Shown here: piece by piece, positions 24,311 through 37,169 of the stretch
Layout: every line of letters begins with the position of its first letter
How positions within the stretch are numbered: position 1 is the first letter of the stretch
NCBI RefSeq assembly: GCF_006345805.1
Contig: NC_043006.1
Span: forward strand, 101,928,001-101,992,000
Direction of reading: 5' to 3'
DNA: 64,000 bases
From: Octopus sinensis
Taxonomy: Eukaryota
Notes under the pieces: model-generated
Seen by the model: the letters and a program-made list of their open reading frames with translations, nothing else
Database searches by the model: none
Told to the model about the DNA's origin: nothing
Made by a program: the position numbers and the translations under genes

Positions 24311-24344
24311 TCTTGTTCACTCTCTCTCACTCTATATGTGTGTG

Positions 24345-24395
<51 letters not shown>

Positions 24396-25173
24396 TATAT
24401 ATATGCACACATATACACAGACACACTCACACTCACATCTAGTTATATAAACACTTATACCTCTACGCACACATCTACAAACATCCAAAGATATATGTAT
24501 CTATCAATACACACACATATATATATATATATATATACACCCACATACAAACTCATATGAAATAAGTGTTTCTGTAATTGTATGTATAGTTGGTGGCTGT
24601 TGCAGTAGTATACGGTTTGTTTGTCCAAATACACTGACTGCACGTAATCTTTCAAAATAGAACTAGATATTTCGTGACAAATGCTCTCACTGTATCACAA
24701 GACAAAATGAGAACCCCAAAACATGTAAATAGAATTTACAGACGGAAAACTAATTACACACACTCACAGAGTTCCTTCTCACTCACCTTTTCTCCAATAT
24801 ATTTGTATTACACATGCACGCACTCACACACACACACACATATATACACACATAGAAAAATGGGAGGGGTCAGAAAGAGAAGCATGTATATAGATATATA
24901 TACATTCATATTGGTATGTAGAATTATACACATATAGACTAGAATGTAAGTTTACCTCTGCATAGTTACAGACACACAAATACACACACGTGTTGTGATT
25001 ACAGGTGTGTATTTAACTCTGTGTGTGTGTTTGAGTGAGAGAGATCTACGTCTGTTTATTTACACAATACATATTCAAGGATTTGTTTTCTCAAAATACG
25101 TCTTTCCAATATAATTTCAAAATGACTTTTAATAGTCTTATCAATTTTATCTGATTAAGGATATAAATAAATC

Positions 25174-25612
25174 ATCATCATCATCATCATCATTATCATC
25201 ATCATTGCTTGAATGTCTGTTTTTCCATGCTTGAGTTAAGTCAGATGGAAATTTACTGAAGTAGATTTTCTGCAGCCAGATGACCTTCCTCTTGCTACCC
25301 GGCACCTATTTTCCTAGCAAAGTAGTATTTTCCCGTGGTCAAACATGATTTCCTGGAAAACTAGAAACAATTGATGCTGGTTATATGACTATTTAATTCA
25401 TTTACAATTATTGCATGATGTGCAGATTGGAAAACACCCATGCACCCTTGATGGGCTTCTTTCAGTTTCCACCTACCAAACCCACTCACAACGCTTTTGT
25501 TGGTCATGGGCTATAGTAGAAAACATTTGCCCAAGGTACCATGAAGTTGGACTGAACATGAAACCACATGGTTGAGAAGTGAACTTCTTAACCATGTAAT
25601 CATATCTGTACC
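25174..25612 (-). mobile_element. Family C head carrying the (GAT)n tail T2
   Basis: CORE-like head at 25453-25612 is joined to gatgaccttcctcttgctacc..tttccatgcttg..(cat)n, the tail of the VNTR family. Confidence 0.7.
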
Positions 25613-25619
25613 TTAATCT

Positions 25620-25825
25620 TACCTTTTACTTGTTTCAGTCATCAGCATGTAGTCATGCTGGAGCACCATACATACAACAGGCTTCTTTCAGTTTCTGTCC
25701 ATCAAATCAACTCACAAGGCTTTAATTGGCCCAAGGCTATAGTAGAAGATATTTGTCCAAGGTGCCATGCAGTGGGACTGAACTCAAAACCATGTGGTTA
25801 GAGAGCAAGCTTCTTCTTATCACAC
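25620..25825 (-). mobile_element. Family C SINE with internal deletion, tail T1
   Basis: ttttacttgtttcagtca..catgctggagcacc joined directly to ggcttctttcagtttc..cacagccatgcc. Confidence 0.75.
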
Positions 25826-26423
25826 AGCCATGCCATGCCTTATCCAAATTTTATTTTAATTTTGTCAAGTATTCTCTCAGAAGAATGGGGTGAAAATGTT
25901 TGTAGCCAACAATAGATTTCAACCAAGTGGGATGACATGAGAGAATATAGAGGTAGATTTTAGAATATTTGGCTTTGCAGTAATGAGTCTCGGTACATCA
26001 TGCTACAGATTCATAGCATTATGAAAAGACATTAAACAAGAATAATATGTGTGAAAGGATGTGGCCTATTGCTTACATTGTTGGGCTTGGACTCATAAGA
26101 TCATGAATTCAATTTTTGAAGTGAGAAGATGTTTTCTTATCCTCAGCAAGACTTAAGGATCTTTTCAAATCCTTAGCATCTCTTCTTGATTTGCTAACCA
26201 CTTTACAGAGAGTACTGGATAGTTTTTCTCGTTAGCAACACTAGTAAGGATCTGCTTGTAACTCACAATACAAAAGAACTTGTGAATCACAAGGGGTTAT
26301 ATATACATACATGCATGTATTTACATGCACACAAACCCATGATGTCATGCAGTGAGGTTTGAATCCAAAAATATGTGACTCGGAAGCAAGTCTTTTAACA
26401 ATGCAGCCATGCCTATACCTGTG

Positions 26424-26456
<33 letters not shown>

Positions 26457-26699
26457 TTCATGGTACCTGGTACCTTTAGCTAGAGTCTTCTGCTATTGCC
26501 TCAGGCTAACTGAAGCCTAGTAGGTAGATTTCATTAATTTACAATATTCTGTAAAAACATGCCTGATGTGAGGGAAATATTATTCCTAAAAAGGAATAGA
26601 TGAGGGTTTGTGACAAGAACAGCATTAGGCCATAGGATATCTGCCTAAATGAATTCCACATGATTCATACTAGCATGGAAAAGGGGATGTTAAGATAAT

Positions 26700-26818
26700 A
26701 TACATGTATATTTGTATATATATATATATATAATATATATATATATATACAATATATATATCATTGCGTGTGTATAAATATAAATATATATATATATATA
26801 TATATAATATATATATAT

Positions 26819-26849
<31 letters not shown>

Positions 26850-26859
26850 ATATATGTAG

Positions 26860-26950
<91 letters not shown>

Positions 26951-26954
26951 TATG

Positions 26955-26986
<32 letters not shown>

Positions 26987-27050
26987 TATATGTAGTATAT
27001 ATATGTATGTATATATATATATGTATGTATATATGTATATGCTTGTATCT
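26700..27050. repeat. Complex (TA)n/(TATG)n low-complexity array
   Basis: Direct reading of the sequence. Confidence 0.95.
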
Positions 27051-27057
27051 ATATATA

Positions 27058-27448
27058 CTTTAGTCTTTTATCATTTTTTAATTCAGTCATTAGACTGCAG
27101 CCATGCTGGGGCACTGCCTTTAAGAATTTTTAGCTGAACAAATCAACCCCTGTACTTATGTTTTTAAGCCTGGTGCCTATTCTATTAGTCTCTTTTGCTG
27201 AACTGCTAAATTACAGCGATGTAAATGTGCCAACACTGGTTGTCAAGCAGTGGCGAGAGACCAGCTCCCACACACATACACACATATGATGGCGTCCTTT
27301 CAGTTTTCATCTTCCAAATCCACTCACAAATCTTTGGTCAGCCCAAGTCTATAGTAGAAGTCACTTGACCAAAGTACTGTGCAGTAGGACTGAACTTAGA
27401 ACCATGTAGTTGGGAAGCAAGTTTCTTACCACACAGCCATGACTGCCT
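27058..27448 (-). mobile_element. Family C SINE, full length, tail T1
   Basis: Colinear with 5413-5812. Confidence 0.85.
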
Positions 27449-30349
27449 GTATATAATGTGTGTGTGTATATATATGCTTGCATGCATGTATATATACTTT
27501 TGTATGTGTATGTATTTGTATGCACTAATGCACTTGGGCATGCATATGTTTAATACATTTTAGCATAGTGCTTCATCTTTGAAATATAGGTTTTTACACC
27601 TCTGTTACTGCCTAGTAAGTCTGTGTCACAAAGTGGAATAAAATTGTTTGAATTGTAGAATTGGGATGTGATTGGATATGCTGGAATAGAGTACTCTAAC
27701 CTAATATTGTTCTAGCTTCCATCTCCTTTCAACATTAGGCATTTTGTTGGTGGCTGCATTGCCGTCGTTGTTGATGTTGTTTTCAAATGAATGTTAAAGT
27801 AGTAACAATCACACTTGAGTTGCCAATGATTAATTAGGCTGTTGACAAGCTATTGATTCAATTTATTAGAGTTTCAATAGAGTGTTCCCTCAACATTACT
27901 GGCCTCTATTTGATTAATTCATATTGATATTGCTAGAGAACCATCAAGCAAGACTGACTCTTTATCTTGGAACCAATGTTATCAAGCATTCTAGTTAATG
28001 ACACTTTTTTCTCTTTGCTTTTCTTTCACTGAATGTCCATGCGATGATTATTTAATTTCAAAGTATACTGGTCTAACTGCTAGCCGGAATTAATTGCATA
28101 AGCAGGCATTGAATCAATCATCTGTTTCTCCGTGTTGCTTGTTGATTCCTTTTATTTCATCTGATTATTAATATAGCTGTGATTATGCTCATATTAGTTG
28201 AAAACTTCATTTGAAGATCTTTGTCTTAATTTAGATTTGACACGAAATATAATCAGGAATTAACTGCATTAGTACACTTATGATGTATGTATATGTGTGG
28301 GTATGTATTTGCATGTGTATTTGTGTGTATATGTACATGTATGTATGAGTGTGTGTAATCAAAAACTTGCACTACCAAGTATACCTGTTGCTATAAAACA
28401 ACTGAAATTATTCATGAGACTCTCAATGAAATTAGTAAGTTTCGATAAAAGAAAATTCTTTTTAGTTTTGCTTTTCATTAAGTCATTACCAAGTAGCACT
28501 TTGTTGAAGTAGGGTGGAGATAAATTGATTCTTTCATGTAGTGTATTCAGACTGTGTGGTTTAGCTCCTGCTGATAAAAATCTTGCTTTGGTCAATGGAG
28601 CCTTTCATCTCCTTATAGTCAATGAAATAAATAGTAATTGATATCAGTGGAGTTGAATATATCGACTGAATGCAAGCAGTGACTCGCATGTAGGGTACTA
28701 GAATTACTGCATGTTTTAGAATGTTGTTTGGTGATTTGGTGCTTGCTGCTGAATTCTATCAGAACTGTGTTGAAGAAAAGGATTATTATTGTTAGCTTGT
28801 CCAGAAACATCATCTAGCTAAGTGAATTTTGTCAGGGATACCTGTACTAATCTACTGTACTAATCAATTGGTCTAGTAAATTAATGAAGGTATGTTTGGT
28901 TTGAAAACAATAACTAACTTATGCACTACCCAAGATAAAACTTATCTCATCAGAAAATTTATCCACTGACTTTCTGTCGTGGTATATTTGTTTTATCGTG
29001 CTTTGTCATTAAAACATTGAACTGTCATACTGATTGATCATTATTATTCATCTGTCATTGATTTAAATAATTTTTCAATATATTTCTCAATCACAAAATA
29101 TGAATGGCAGTGTCACTGATCTCTGTAATTGATAAGCAAGAGCATAAATTACTATTCTCTCTATATTAGGAAACTTTCTGGGTAGCTCTGTGTGATAGTT
29201 CAGCTTATTGAAAATAACAATCAAATTACTCTGAAATACCACGTTACTTCTTTTCAAGGAGGAAAGACATAGTGAACTTTGTAGACATGGGAATTTTTTT
29301 TTTAAATGGTAAAGTGATGGTTTAAACACATTTAATCATAGTTCTGCTCAGTCAGTGCTGACCTGTTACTAAACAACCACCATTCTGACTTTTAAATACT
29401 AAATAATCTGGTATCTTGGTATAAATAAAATAATTGCAAAGATATGGTTTGGAAACTTCAATACTGTAGCTTTACTTAATAAGAATAGCTGAAAGGTGTA
29501 ATTTACAAAAAAATTCTTCACCCAGAATAATTGAATTATCCTGAGAAAGTTAACTGAAATAATAGAAAGAAGAAGAAGAAAAAACATCATCAAACAAGGT
29601 AAAATACTATATTGCTAAAACAAAAAGAAAAAAAAAACTTACAATGAATAAATAATAAACATAGTAATGTTGCTGCAATAAAACCATACAAGGATAAGAT
29701 AAGATAGAGAGTAAGAATTTCTAATAGCTTCTAACAAGGAATGACTATTCTCTTGATCTGTCTGACATTACAATCAGTGAGGCGGGGAGGGGGAATGAAG
29801 CCAAATAAAAGTTCCGTAGAGTTCTGGACAATCAATGTCAGCTTTTGAAAGAAATTAGCTGACTAAATGTTAAAGGTGTTGAGTTGTGAATTTGAACATT
29901 TGAAGTCAATTTGACAGTTTATAGTTTTTGAGCTTGATGTCTTAAAGACAGGATTTCTTGGTTAATAGTTGGTGCAATGGACTTGAAGCTTTCAAAATAA
30001 GACAATAAACTAAATGTAAGTTTTGAGGCAATGAACTAAATATAAGATTATGGGTGTAAATCAACTGTTTAAAAAAAGGTCACTTGAATGCATTACCTTT
30101 GTTGAAACTTAACACCTGCTCTCCTTTCACTGAGGGCTTGTTAGAATTAGAAAAGTACTCTAAAGTTTACAAGACTCTAAAGTTTACAAATTTGTATTCT
30201 GAATCAGTGAAAGGTAAGTTTTCAAATTTGATCTTTGAGTTTAAAAAAATCAAGAGAACTTACCATCTCCTAAAAGCACTATTAATTAGGCTTGTTTCTC
30301 AGTACATAGGCCCATGAAATACAAGCTAAAGATGTGTAAAATAATAATA

Positions 30350-30566
30350 ATCCTTCCTACAGTAGTTACAATGCCTGAAATTTTGGAAGAGTGGAATATT
30401 TGATTACATTGACTCCAGTGCTCAACTGTTATTTATTTTATTAACCCCAAATGGATGAAAAGCAATGTCAGCCTCAATGGAATTTGAACTCGGAAAGTAA
30501 TGCTGGAAGAAATGCCACTATAATTTTTGTCTGGCATGCTAATGATTCTGCCAGCACATTGCCTTA
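30350..30566 (-). mobile_element. Family M SINE flanked by (AAT)n
   Basis: ttaaccccaaatggatgaaaagcaatgtcagcctc..atttgaactc..ttctgccagc..gcctta. Confidence 0.85.
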
Positions 30567-30609
30567 ATAATCATCATCATCATCATAATAATAATAATAG
30601 TGAAAATAA

Positions 30610-30820
30610 TGGTTTCAAATTTTGGCACAAGGCCAGCAATTTTGGGGAGGGATTAAGTCAGTTACATTGACCTCAGTGTTCTACTGGTACTTTATCAACC
30701 CCAAAAGGATGAAAAGCAAAGTTGACCCCAGCAGAATTTGAACACAGAATGTAAAGATGGATGAAATGTCACTAAATATTTTTCCTGGCAAGCTAACAAT
30801 TCTACCAGCTTGCTGCCTTA
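30610..30820 (-). mobile_element. Family M SINE flanked by (AAT)n
   Basis: caaccccaaaaggatgaaaagcaaagttgacc..atttgaacacagaatg..ttctaccagcttgctgcctta. Confidence 0.85.
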
Positions 30821-30917
30821 ATAATAATAATAATAATAATAATAATAGTAATAGTAATAATAATAATAATAATAAGAGCAATAATAATATAATAATAATA
30901 ATAATAAATAATAATAA

Positions 30918-31329
30918 GGCCAACAGATCAGATATAGTTGTCAGAGATCATGAAGAAAAAAAATGCTTTCTAATTGATGTATCAATACCGGCAGATGACA
31001 ACGTGTCTCTAAAAGAAATGGAGAAACTTTCAAAATACATAGACCTGGAAATAGAGGTAACCAGAATGTGGAATCTAAAAACAGAAACAATTCCTATCAT
31101 AGTAGGTGCATTAGGCATGATAAAAAAATATTCAGACAAATACATAACAAAAACACCAGGACTTACAAACACATATAACATACAGAAAATTGCACTACTA
31201 GGCACTGCACACATCCTACGCAGAACACTTTCCATACAATAACCATCAGAGCATCACAGCACATACCTAAGGCACACAGAGCTGCGCTCAGTAGTGAAGT
31301 GAAAGCACACTACAAAAATAAAACTACTG
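30918..31329 (+). mobile_element. 5'-truncated R4/Dong-like non-LTR retrotransposon (restriction-like endonuclease C-terminus and 3' UTR) in (AAT)n
   Basis: KANRSDIVVRDHEEKKCFLIDVSIPADDNVSLKEMEKLSKYIDLEIEVTRMW..IIVGALG..KIALLGTAHILRRTL* matches the PD..D..K restriction-like domain; (AAT)n on both sides. Confidence 0.85.
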
Positions 31330-31354
31330 AATAATAATAATAATAATGATAATA

Positions 31355-31571
31355 ATCCTTTCCACAATACCCACAAAACCTGAAACTTTGGAGGAGGAGG
31401 TAAGTTGATTACATCAACCCCAGTGTTCAACTGGTACTTATTTCATTGACTCCGAAAGAATGAAAGGCAACGTCAACCTCAGCAGAATTTGAACTCAGAA
31501 TTTAAAGACAGACAAAATGCCACTAAGCATTTTGCTCGGTGTGCTAACGATTCTGCCAGCTCACCACCTTA
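31355..31571 (-). mobile_element. Family M SINE flanked by (AAT)n
   Basis: ttgactccgaaagaatgaaaggcaacgtcaacctc..atttgaactcagaa..ttctgccagctcaccacctta. Confidence 0.88.
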
Positions 31572-31759
31572 ATAATAATAATAATAACAAGCAGAAGGAC
31601 CCGGTTTCGCTCAGGTTATAAACTCATAGCCTTAACACAGTACTCTTTGCTTGTAGTGTAATTTGACACCTTCTTTCTAGGTAAATATTTCGTAAAGGAC
31701 CTGTTTATTCTTCGGTGTGAAATAATATTTTTCCATGGGTTTTTCCAAGCACATTTAAT

Positions 31760-32117
31760 GTATCTGACCTCCAAACCCACTGCAAACCCCTTTTTACCAG
31801 AAAAGAAAAGGGAAGAGGGGTGGTGGTGACCTTGGAGTTTCCCACCAATGAAGTTTTGTTTTGCAGGTTTTTATTCTCCTTTTCTAGGTTATTTTGCATA
31901 CTTTCAATGAACATGACATCAAAATCATATGTAAATGTCTCCTTCCCTTCCAGAAAAGGAAAGATTTGGTTGCTATTTCTAGCATGTCCTGCTACCACAT
32001 AACAGCTATTTGCAATAAAGAACCTGCCAATATTTCATGGTGATATCATTTTTTGACCCCTCCCCTCCTTTCTTTTCTGGAAAAAAGTGGTTTGTGGTGG
32101 GTTTGGAGGTCAGATAC
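31760..32117. repeat. 61-bp inverted repeat with a ~236-bp spacer
   Basis: gtatctgacctccaaacccactgcaaacc..aaaagggaagagggg (31760-31820) versus cccctcccctcctttcttttctgg..ggtttggaggtcagatac (32057-32117). Confidence 0.85.
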
Positions 32118-32407
32118 TATGAATGCACTCATAAAAACCCGTGGAAAATAATTATTTCACACCAAGGTACAAACAGGTACAGAAGACTGTAAACAATGAA
32201 AGTCGCTGTAATAATTTTTTTGGTACCAGGTGTCATTACAATGGTAAACACAAGACAGAATACTTGACAGAATGAAGAGAGAATGATAGAGTAAGAGATA
32301 GAAAGAGAGTAAGTACGATGAGTTAGATAGGGAATGTGCCTCCCAAATATGGTACTAATTTGTGCAGCAGTTTTCACATGTAAAGCAATCACACACATAG
32401 TTAAATT

Positions 32408-32428
32408 GATAGACAGACAGACAAACAG

Positions 32429-32471
<43 letters not shown>

Positions 32472-32543
32472 TAGATAGATAGATAGAGAGATAGATAGAT
32501 AGAGAAAGAGAGAGAGAGAGAAAGAGAGATAGTTAGATAAATG

Positions 32544-32581
<38 letters not shown>

Positions 32582-32695
32582 GAAAGAGAGAGAGATAGAT
32601 AGATAGTTAGATAAATGGATAGATAGATAGATAGATAGAGATAGAGAGAGATAGTTAGATAGTTAGATAAATGGATAGATAGGTAGATAGATAGG

Positions 32696-32727
<32 letters not shown>

Positions 32728-32808
32728 GAAAGAGAGAGAGATAGATAGATAGTTAGATAAATGGATAGATAGATATATAGGTAGGTAGATAAATAGACAG
32801 ATAGATAG
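32408..32808. repeat. (GATA)n/(GA)n compound array with higher-order structure
   Basis: The marker gttagataaatggatag recurs four times. Confidence 0.93.
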
Positions 32809-33239
32809 CCACAGCTGCTACGTCAGACATACATGTGTGTGTCTAGGTAGCCATGGTTGATATGTCAGTACCGGAAATTGACATTGAAACACCTTTTTGA
32901 AGAAGTTAATCTTATATAAAGCAATATTTATTTTTAATAAAAAAATAAAATAAAGACCCTTTTATGTATCCAAAGTCAAATTATTCATGCATCTCAAGTA
33001 TGGAACCAATTTGTGCAGCAATTTTCATGTGGAAAGCGAATACACGCACACACAGGTCTATTTTATATAATAGATAATGGTTCCAAATTTTGGCACCAAG
33101 TCATTAATTATGAGCCTCGTAATGGTGAAAAGCAAAGTTGACCGTGACAAGATTTTAAGTGGGAACATAAGAAGCCAAAAGAAATGCTGTAAAGTATTTT
33201 GTCCAGTTTGGTTAACACCTCCACCCACTTGTTACCACT

Positions 33240-33535
33240 GTCATCATCATCATCATCATCGTTTAACGTCCGCTTTCCATGCTAGCATGGGTCGGACGGT
33301 TCAACTGGGGTCTGGGAAGCCCGAAGGCTGCACCAGGCCAGTCAGATCTGGCGATGTTTCTACAGCTGGATGCCCTTCCTAACGCCAACCACTCCGTGAG
33401 TGTAGTGGGTGCTTTTTATGTGCCACCAACACAGGTGCCAGACGAGGCTGGCGAACGGCCACGCTCGGATGGTGTATTTTATGTGCCACCGACACAGGTG
33501 CCAGACGAGGCTGGCGAACGGCCACGATCGGAAGG
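33240..33535 (-). mobile_element. (GAT)n-tailed hairpin-VNTR element, two ~61-bp units
   Basis: (cat)n tail, ggatgcccttcctaacgccaacc, then gtgccagacgaggctggcgaacggccacg twice. Confidence 0.92.
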
Positions 33536-33859
33536 TGTTTGTTACTGTATTAATAACAATTAACACAAGAAGAAGAAATAAGGACTTAGCTCATGGGCTA
33601 ACATGAATTTCACAGTTTGCAAATTATGAATGGGTCCCTGAAATGCAAGCTGGGCTTTTACAAAACTTCCTTGTTAAAAATTGTTCACTCTTCAGCTTCA
33701 TCTGTCTCTTATTTCTTGGATGGAAAGTTTCCTCTCCCATCACTTCATTGTAGTGTGTATTGATAGGACTTTCACAACACATGCAATAAACTGTGGTATA
33801 CTTAAGGATTTGGTCTAACCCCCTGCAATTTCTTAACTGATCATCATAATATCTCATCA

Positions 33860-33900
<41 letters not shown>

Positions 33901-35160
33901 CTCTCTTTCTCAGGAGAGTTTTCTTGATGATTTAAATTGTGCTGGATTATAAACCTCAAATTTGCAATTTAGGACTCAAACAATTCTTTCAATGTCTCAT
34001 ACCTGATAATTTTCTGGGTCCAAATTCCTACAAATATATCATCATCATTATCATCATCATTTAATGTCTGTTTTCCTTCGTCGTACGAGTTGGACTTTAT
34101 TTGTAACTATTCAAATTTGGAAATGTTTCTAAAGTTTAGTTACAGTTTTCAGCAGAAACATTGAGATTGGTGACCCAGGTATTTATAAATTCTTATTTTA
34201 GTACATTTAGTACATTTCAGAAGCTGCTTTGTTCAATAACCATATACATTTAATTACTATACACTAGATACAACTGCAAAAAATAGGACATTAAGGAAAA
34301 GAACACTAATGATTTATCACAATACATAAAAAAAAACAAAAACCCAGCAAAATCAGGGGAGATTGGATGCATTTTTTTTTTACCATAGTAAAATTATTAC
34401 AAGCAACTTTAGGTACTCCCAAGTTCAAGATAAATAGCAGACAAGTACTTGTGTGTGTGTGGATGGATTATGCAATTTGTGTTTACATTTTCAATCATTA
34501 TACTTTTTTATTAAGTTATAATTATTTTGTGTTCTTTTTTAGCAGCCACAATAACAGCAACAACAACAACAGCAATAATAATACTGATAGAATGACTATT
34601 GTTATAAACTTGTTTATATTTTATTCTCTTTGTTGATCTTGAGGCAAAGAAAGAAGTTATTATCATCATCATCAAAATGATATTCATTATCATCATCCTG
34701 CTCTGTTATTTCTATCCATTCTAAATACTCTCTTTGACATTTTGGTCAGTGATCATTTGTATGAACAGCCATTTTGTTCTTTTCATGTCAAACAAAGCTG
34801 ACTTACGTAGTTTTTTCTTCCCCACCAACTCTACCATCACCTCATAATAAAAACCCCAACTAATCACTAATGTTGGCCAACACAACTAAAGTTCCATTTC
34901 TTTACCTTTGTAATCTCAATGAAATCTATAAATGACATCTATTGTATTGTGTCCTACCAATCGGTAATCCTTCATATTTTTAGACATGTGTGTGTGTGTG
35001 TGTGTGTGTGTTTGCAGTTAGCTCTGAATGATACCAGACAGTAATTTATTCCGTTCAGGCCAATTCAAAAATAAAATCCTGTATCAGTTTGGGTGAAAAA
35101 TTAGTTATCCAACATGCGTGTATAAAATGAATGTATGTGTTTGTGTGTTTGTGTATGGTG

Positions 35161-35400
35161 TATATATATGATGTGTGTGCTGTATATATGATGTATGTGG
35201 TGTATATATGATGTATGTGGTGTATATACGATGTATGTGGTATATATATGATGTATGTGGTGTATATATGATGTATGTGGTATATATATGATGTATGTGG
35301 TGTATATATGATGTATGTGGTATATATATGATGTATGTGGTATATATATGATGTATGTGGTGTATATATGATGTATGTGGTGTATATATGATGTGTGTAT
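35161..35400. repeat. Homogeneous 20-bp minisatellite, 12 units
   Basis: tgtatatatgatgtatgtgg repeated in exact 20-bp register. Confidence 0.95.
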
Positions 35401-36748
35401 ACTCCAACCCATGTGAGCATGGAGAGTGGACAAAATATAATGATAATGACACTAACATGTGCACACACACAGACACACACACAATTCTGAAATTAAAACG
35501 TCAAGTGCAGGTCATGTGGAATTTGAAACATAATTAGATGATTCTATATCCACAAATCAAATTTAATCTGTTTCAGCTAATTTTATCTACATTTTATGTT
35601 TTATTTTTAGTTTGACTTTTTTTTCCTCTTTGTATTTTGCTTTCTCTTTGAATGTTTTGTGAATGGTGTATGTGTCAGAAACAGCTTTTGAAACAAATAT
35701 CCTTTTCGGAAATCTTGAAAATTGCTCTGAAGTTGAACTAACACATCAAAAATCAAGTAGACTTTTGAAGTGCTGGATAAAAGTTTTCAGACAAAGGCTC
35801 ACTGCAGTTGTCAATCCATATATATTTATGTTGCGACATGCTCGTATGCATACATGTATTTACACACACCCACACACACATACACACAAGTGTGTATGCA
35901 TTTACACATACATGCATGCATACACACACGTGTGTGTGTATGCTTGTATGTGTAAGTGTATAAATGCATGCAATATACCTAGAAGAGTGAAAGTACGTAT
36001 GTGAATATAGTGTGTTTATTCTCTCATTCATGTGTAAATGTTACAATGTTCTCTTTGATACTGCTTCAGAGAACTAATGCAGAAAGCACAATTTCAAGAA
36101 ATTTGGAGCCTTAGTATTGTGTGCATGTGTGTGTGTGCATGCATGTGTGTGTGTGTGCGTGTGTGTGTGTGGTGTTTGTATGTGTTTGATGTATATGTTG
36201 ATGTATGTACGCATGTATCTTTGTAGTTCATCTGTTTATGTATATACGTGACTATTTAGCTATTTATCTCTCTTTCTCTCTCACCACATACCTGTACACA
36301 CACACGCACACATACACACAAATATATACATATATAGATCTCCCAAAACTAGAAACTATCAATTAAGTATTATCCTTGTCCAATAAGATTATCCATGAAT
36401 TCAATCAAACAATGTCAGTATACATAATCACTATAAACCATTAATCCAAAAATATGTTTACTCTTTCAAGAATAAAGAACAACTCAGAATAACAAGGCCC
36501 CAAGATATAAAAGATTCACAAACAAGCACATTTAACAAACATTTCTGCCTTCAGCTGCCTAACAGATATCATCATAGTTTTGACACCCAAGCAGTACCAT
36601 TCAATCTAGCCATGTTAACAGCATTATATACATAAATACTGCCTAGCAATCAATAGATGAGTGGCAAGAGTGAAACATTAGTGCAATATGACCATTACCT
36701 GCTTATTATTAAAATAACACATCAAATATAAGTATTAACTTAGAGCTA

Positions 36749-37092
36749 CATCATCATCATCGTCGTTTAACGTCTGCTTTCCGCGCTAGCACGGGTTGGA
36801 CGGTTTGACCAGGATCTGGGAAGCCAGGAGCTGCTCCAGGCTCCAGTCTGATCCGGCAGAGTTTCTACGGCTGGATGCCCTTCCTAACGCCAACCACTCC
36901 GCGAGTGTAGTGGGTGCTTTTTACGTGCCACCTGCACAGGTGCCAGGGGGGGTCCGGCATCGGCCACGATCGGTTGGAGCTTTTAACGTGCCAGTGGCAC
37001 GGAAGCCAGCCAAGCTGGCAACGTTCAGATGGTGCTTTTTATGTGCCACCGGCACAGAAGCCAGTCGGGGCGGCGCTGGCATCGGCCTACAT
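36749..37092 (-). mobile_element. (GAT)n-tailed hairpin-VNTR element, three divergent units
   Basis: Family tail and body plus ttttacgtgccacctgcac, tttaacgtgccagtggcac and ttttatgtgccaccggcac units. Confidence 0.9.
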
Positions 37093-37169
37093 GTCTAGTA
37101 ATTAAACAACTATTAATAAAATGAAAAATTCTTCCTACAAAGGGTGTGTATGTAAGTGCAAGATAAGGT

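Larger units (their letters stand above)
31588..33074 (-). mobile_element. Composite non-autonomous Helitron-like element
   Basis: Minus 3' end cctgagcgaaaccgggtccttctgCTTG|T (degenerate CTAG plus hairpin); minus 5' end A|TCtattatataaaatag at 33074; a second related 5'-type segment at about 32340-32400. Confidence 0.55.

Noticed and set aside
28720-28790. Possible exon MLFGDLVLAAEFYQNCVEEKDYY
   Set aside because: Short pyrimidine tract, weaker gttagc donor and no recognisable homology; kept only as part of the repeat-poor block finding
28925-28965. CTGATGA followed by a hairpin on the minus strand (similar case near 42675-42710)
   Set aside because: No GAAA follows the stem, so the hammerhead core is incomplete
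30757-30917. Poly-Asn N-terminus on the endonuclease-like ORF
   Set aside because: It is chance in-frame read-through from a SINE and the (AAT)n target into a truncated LINE
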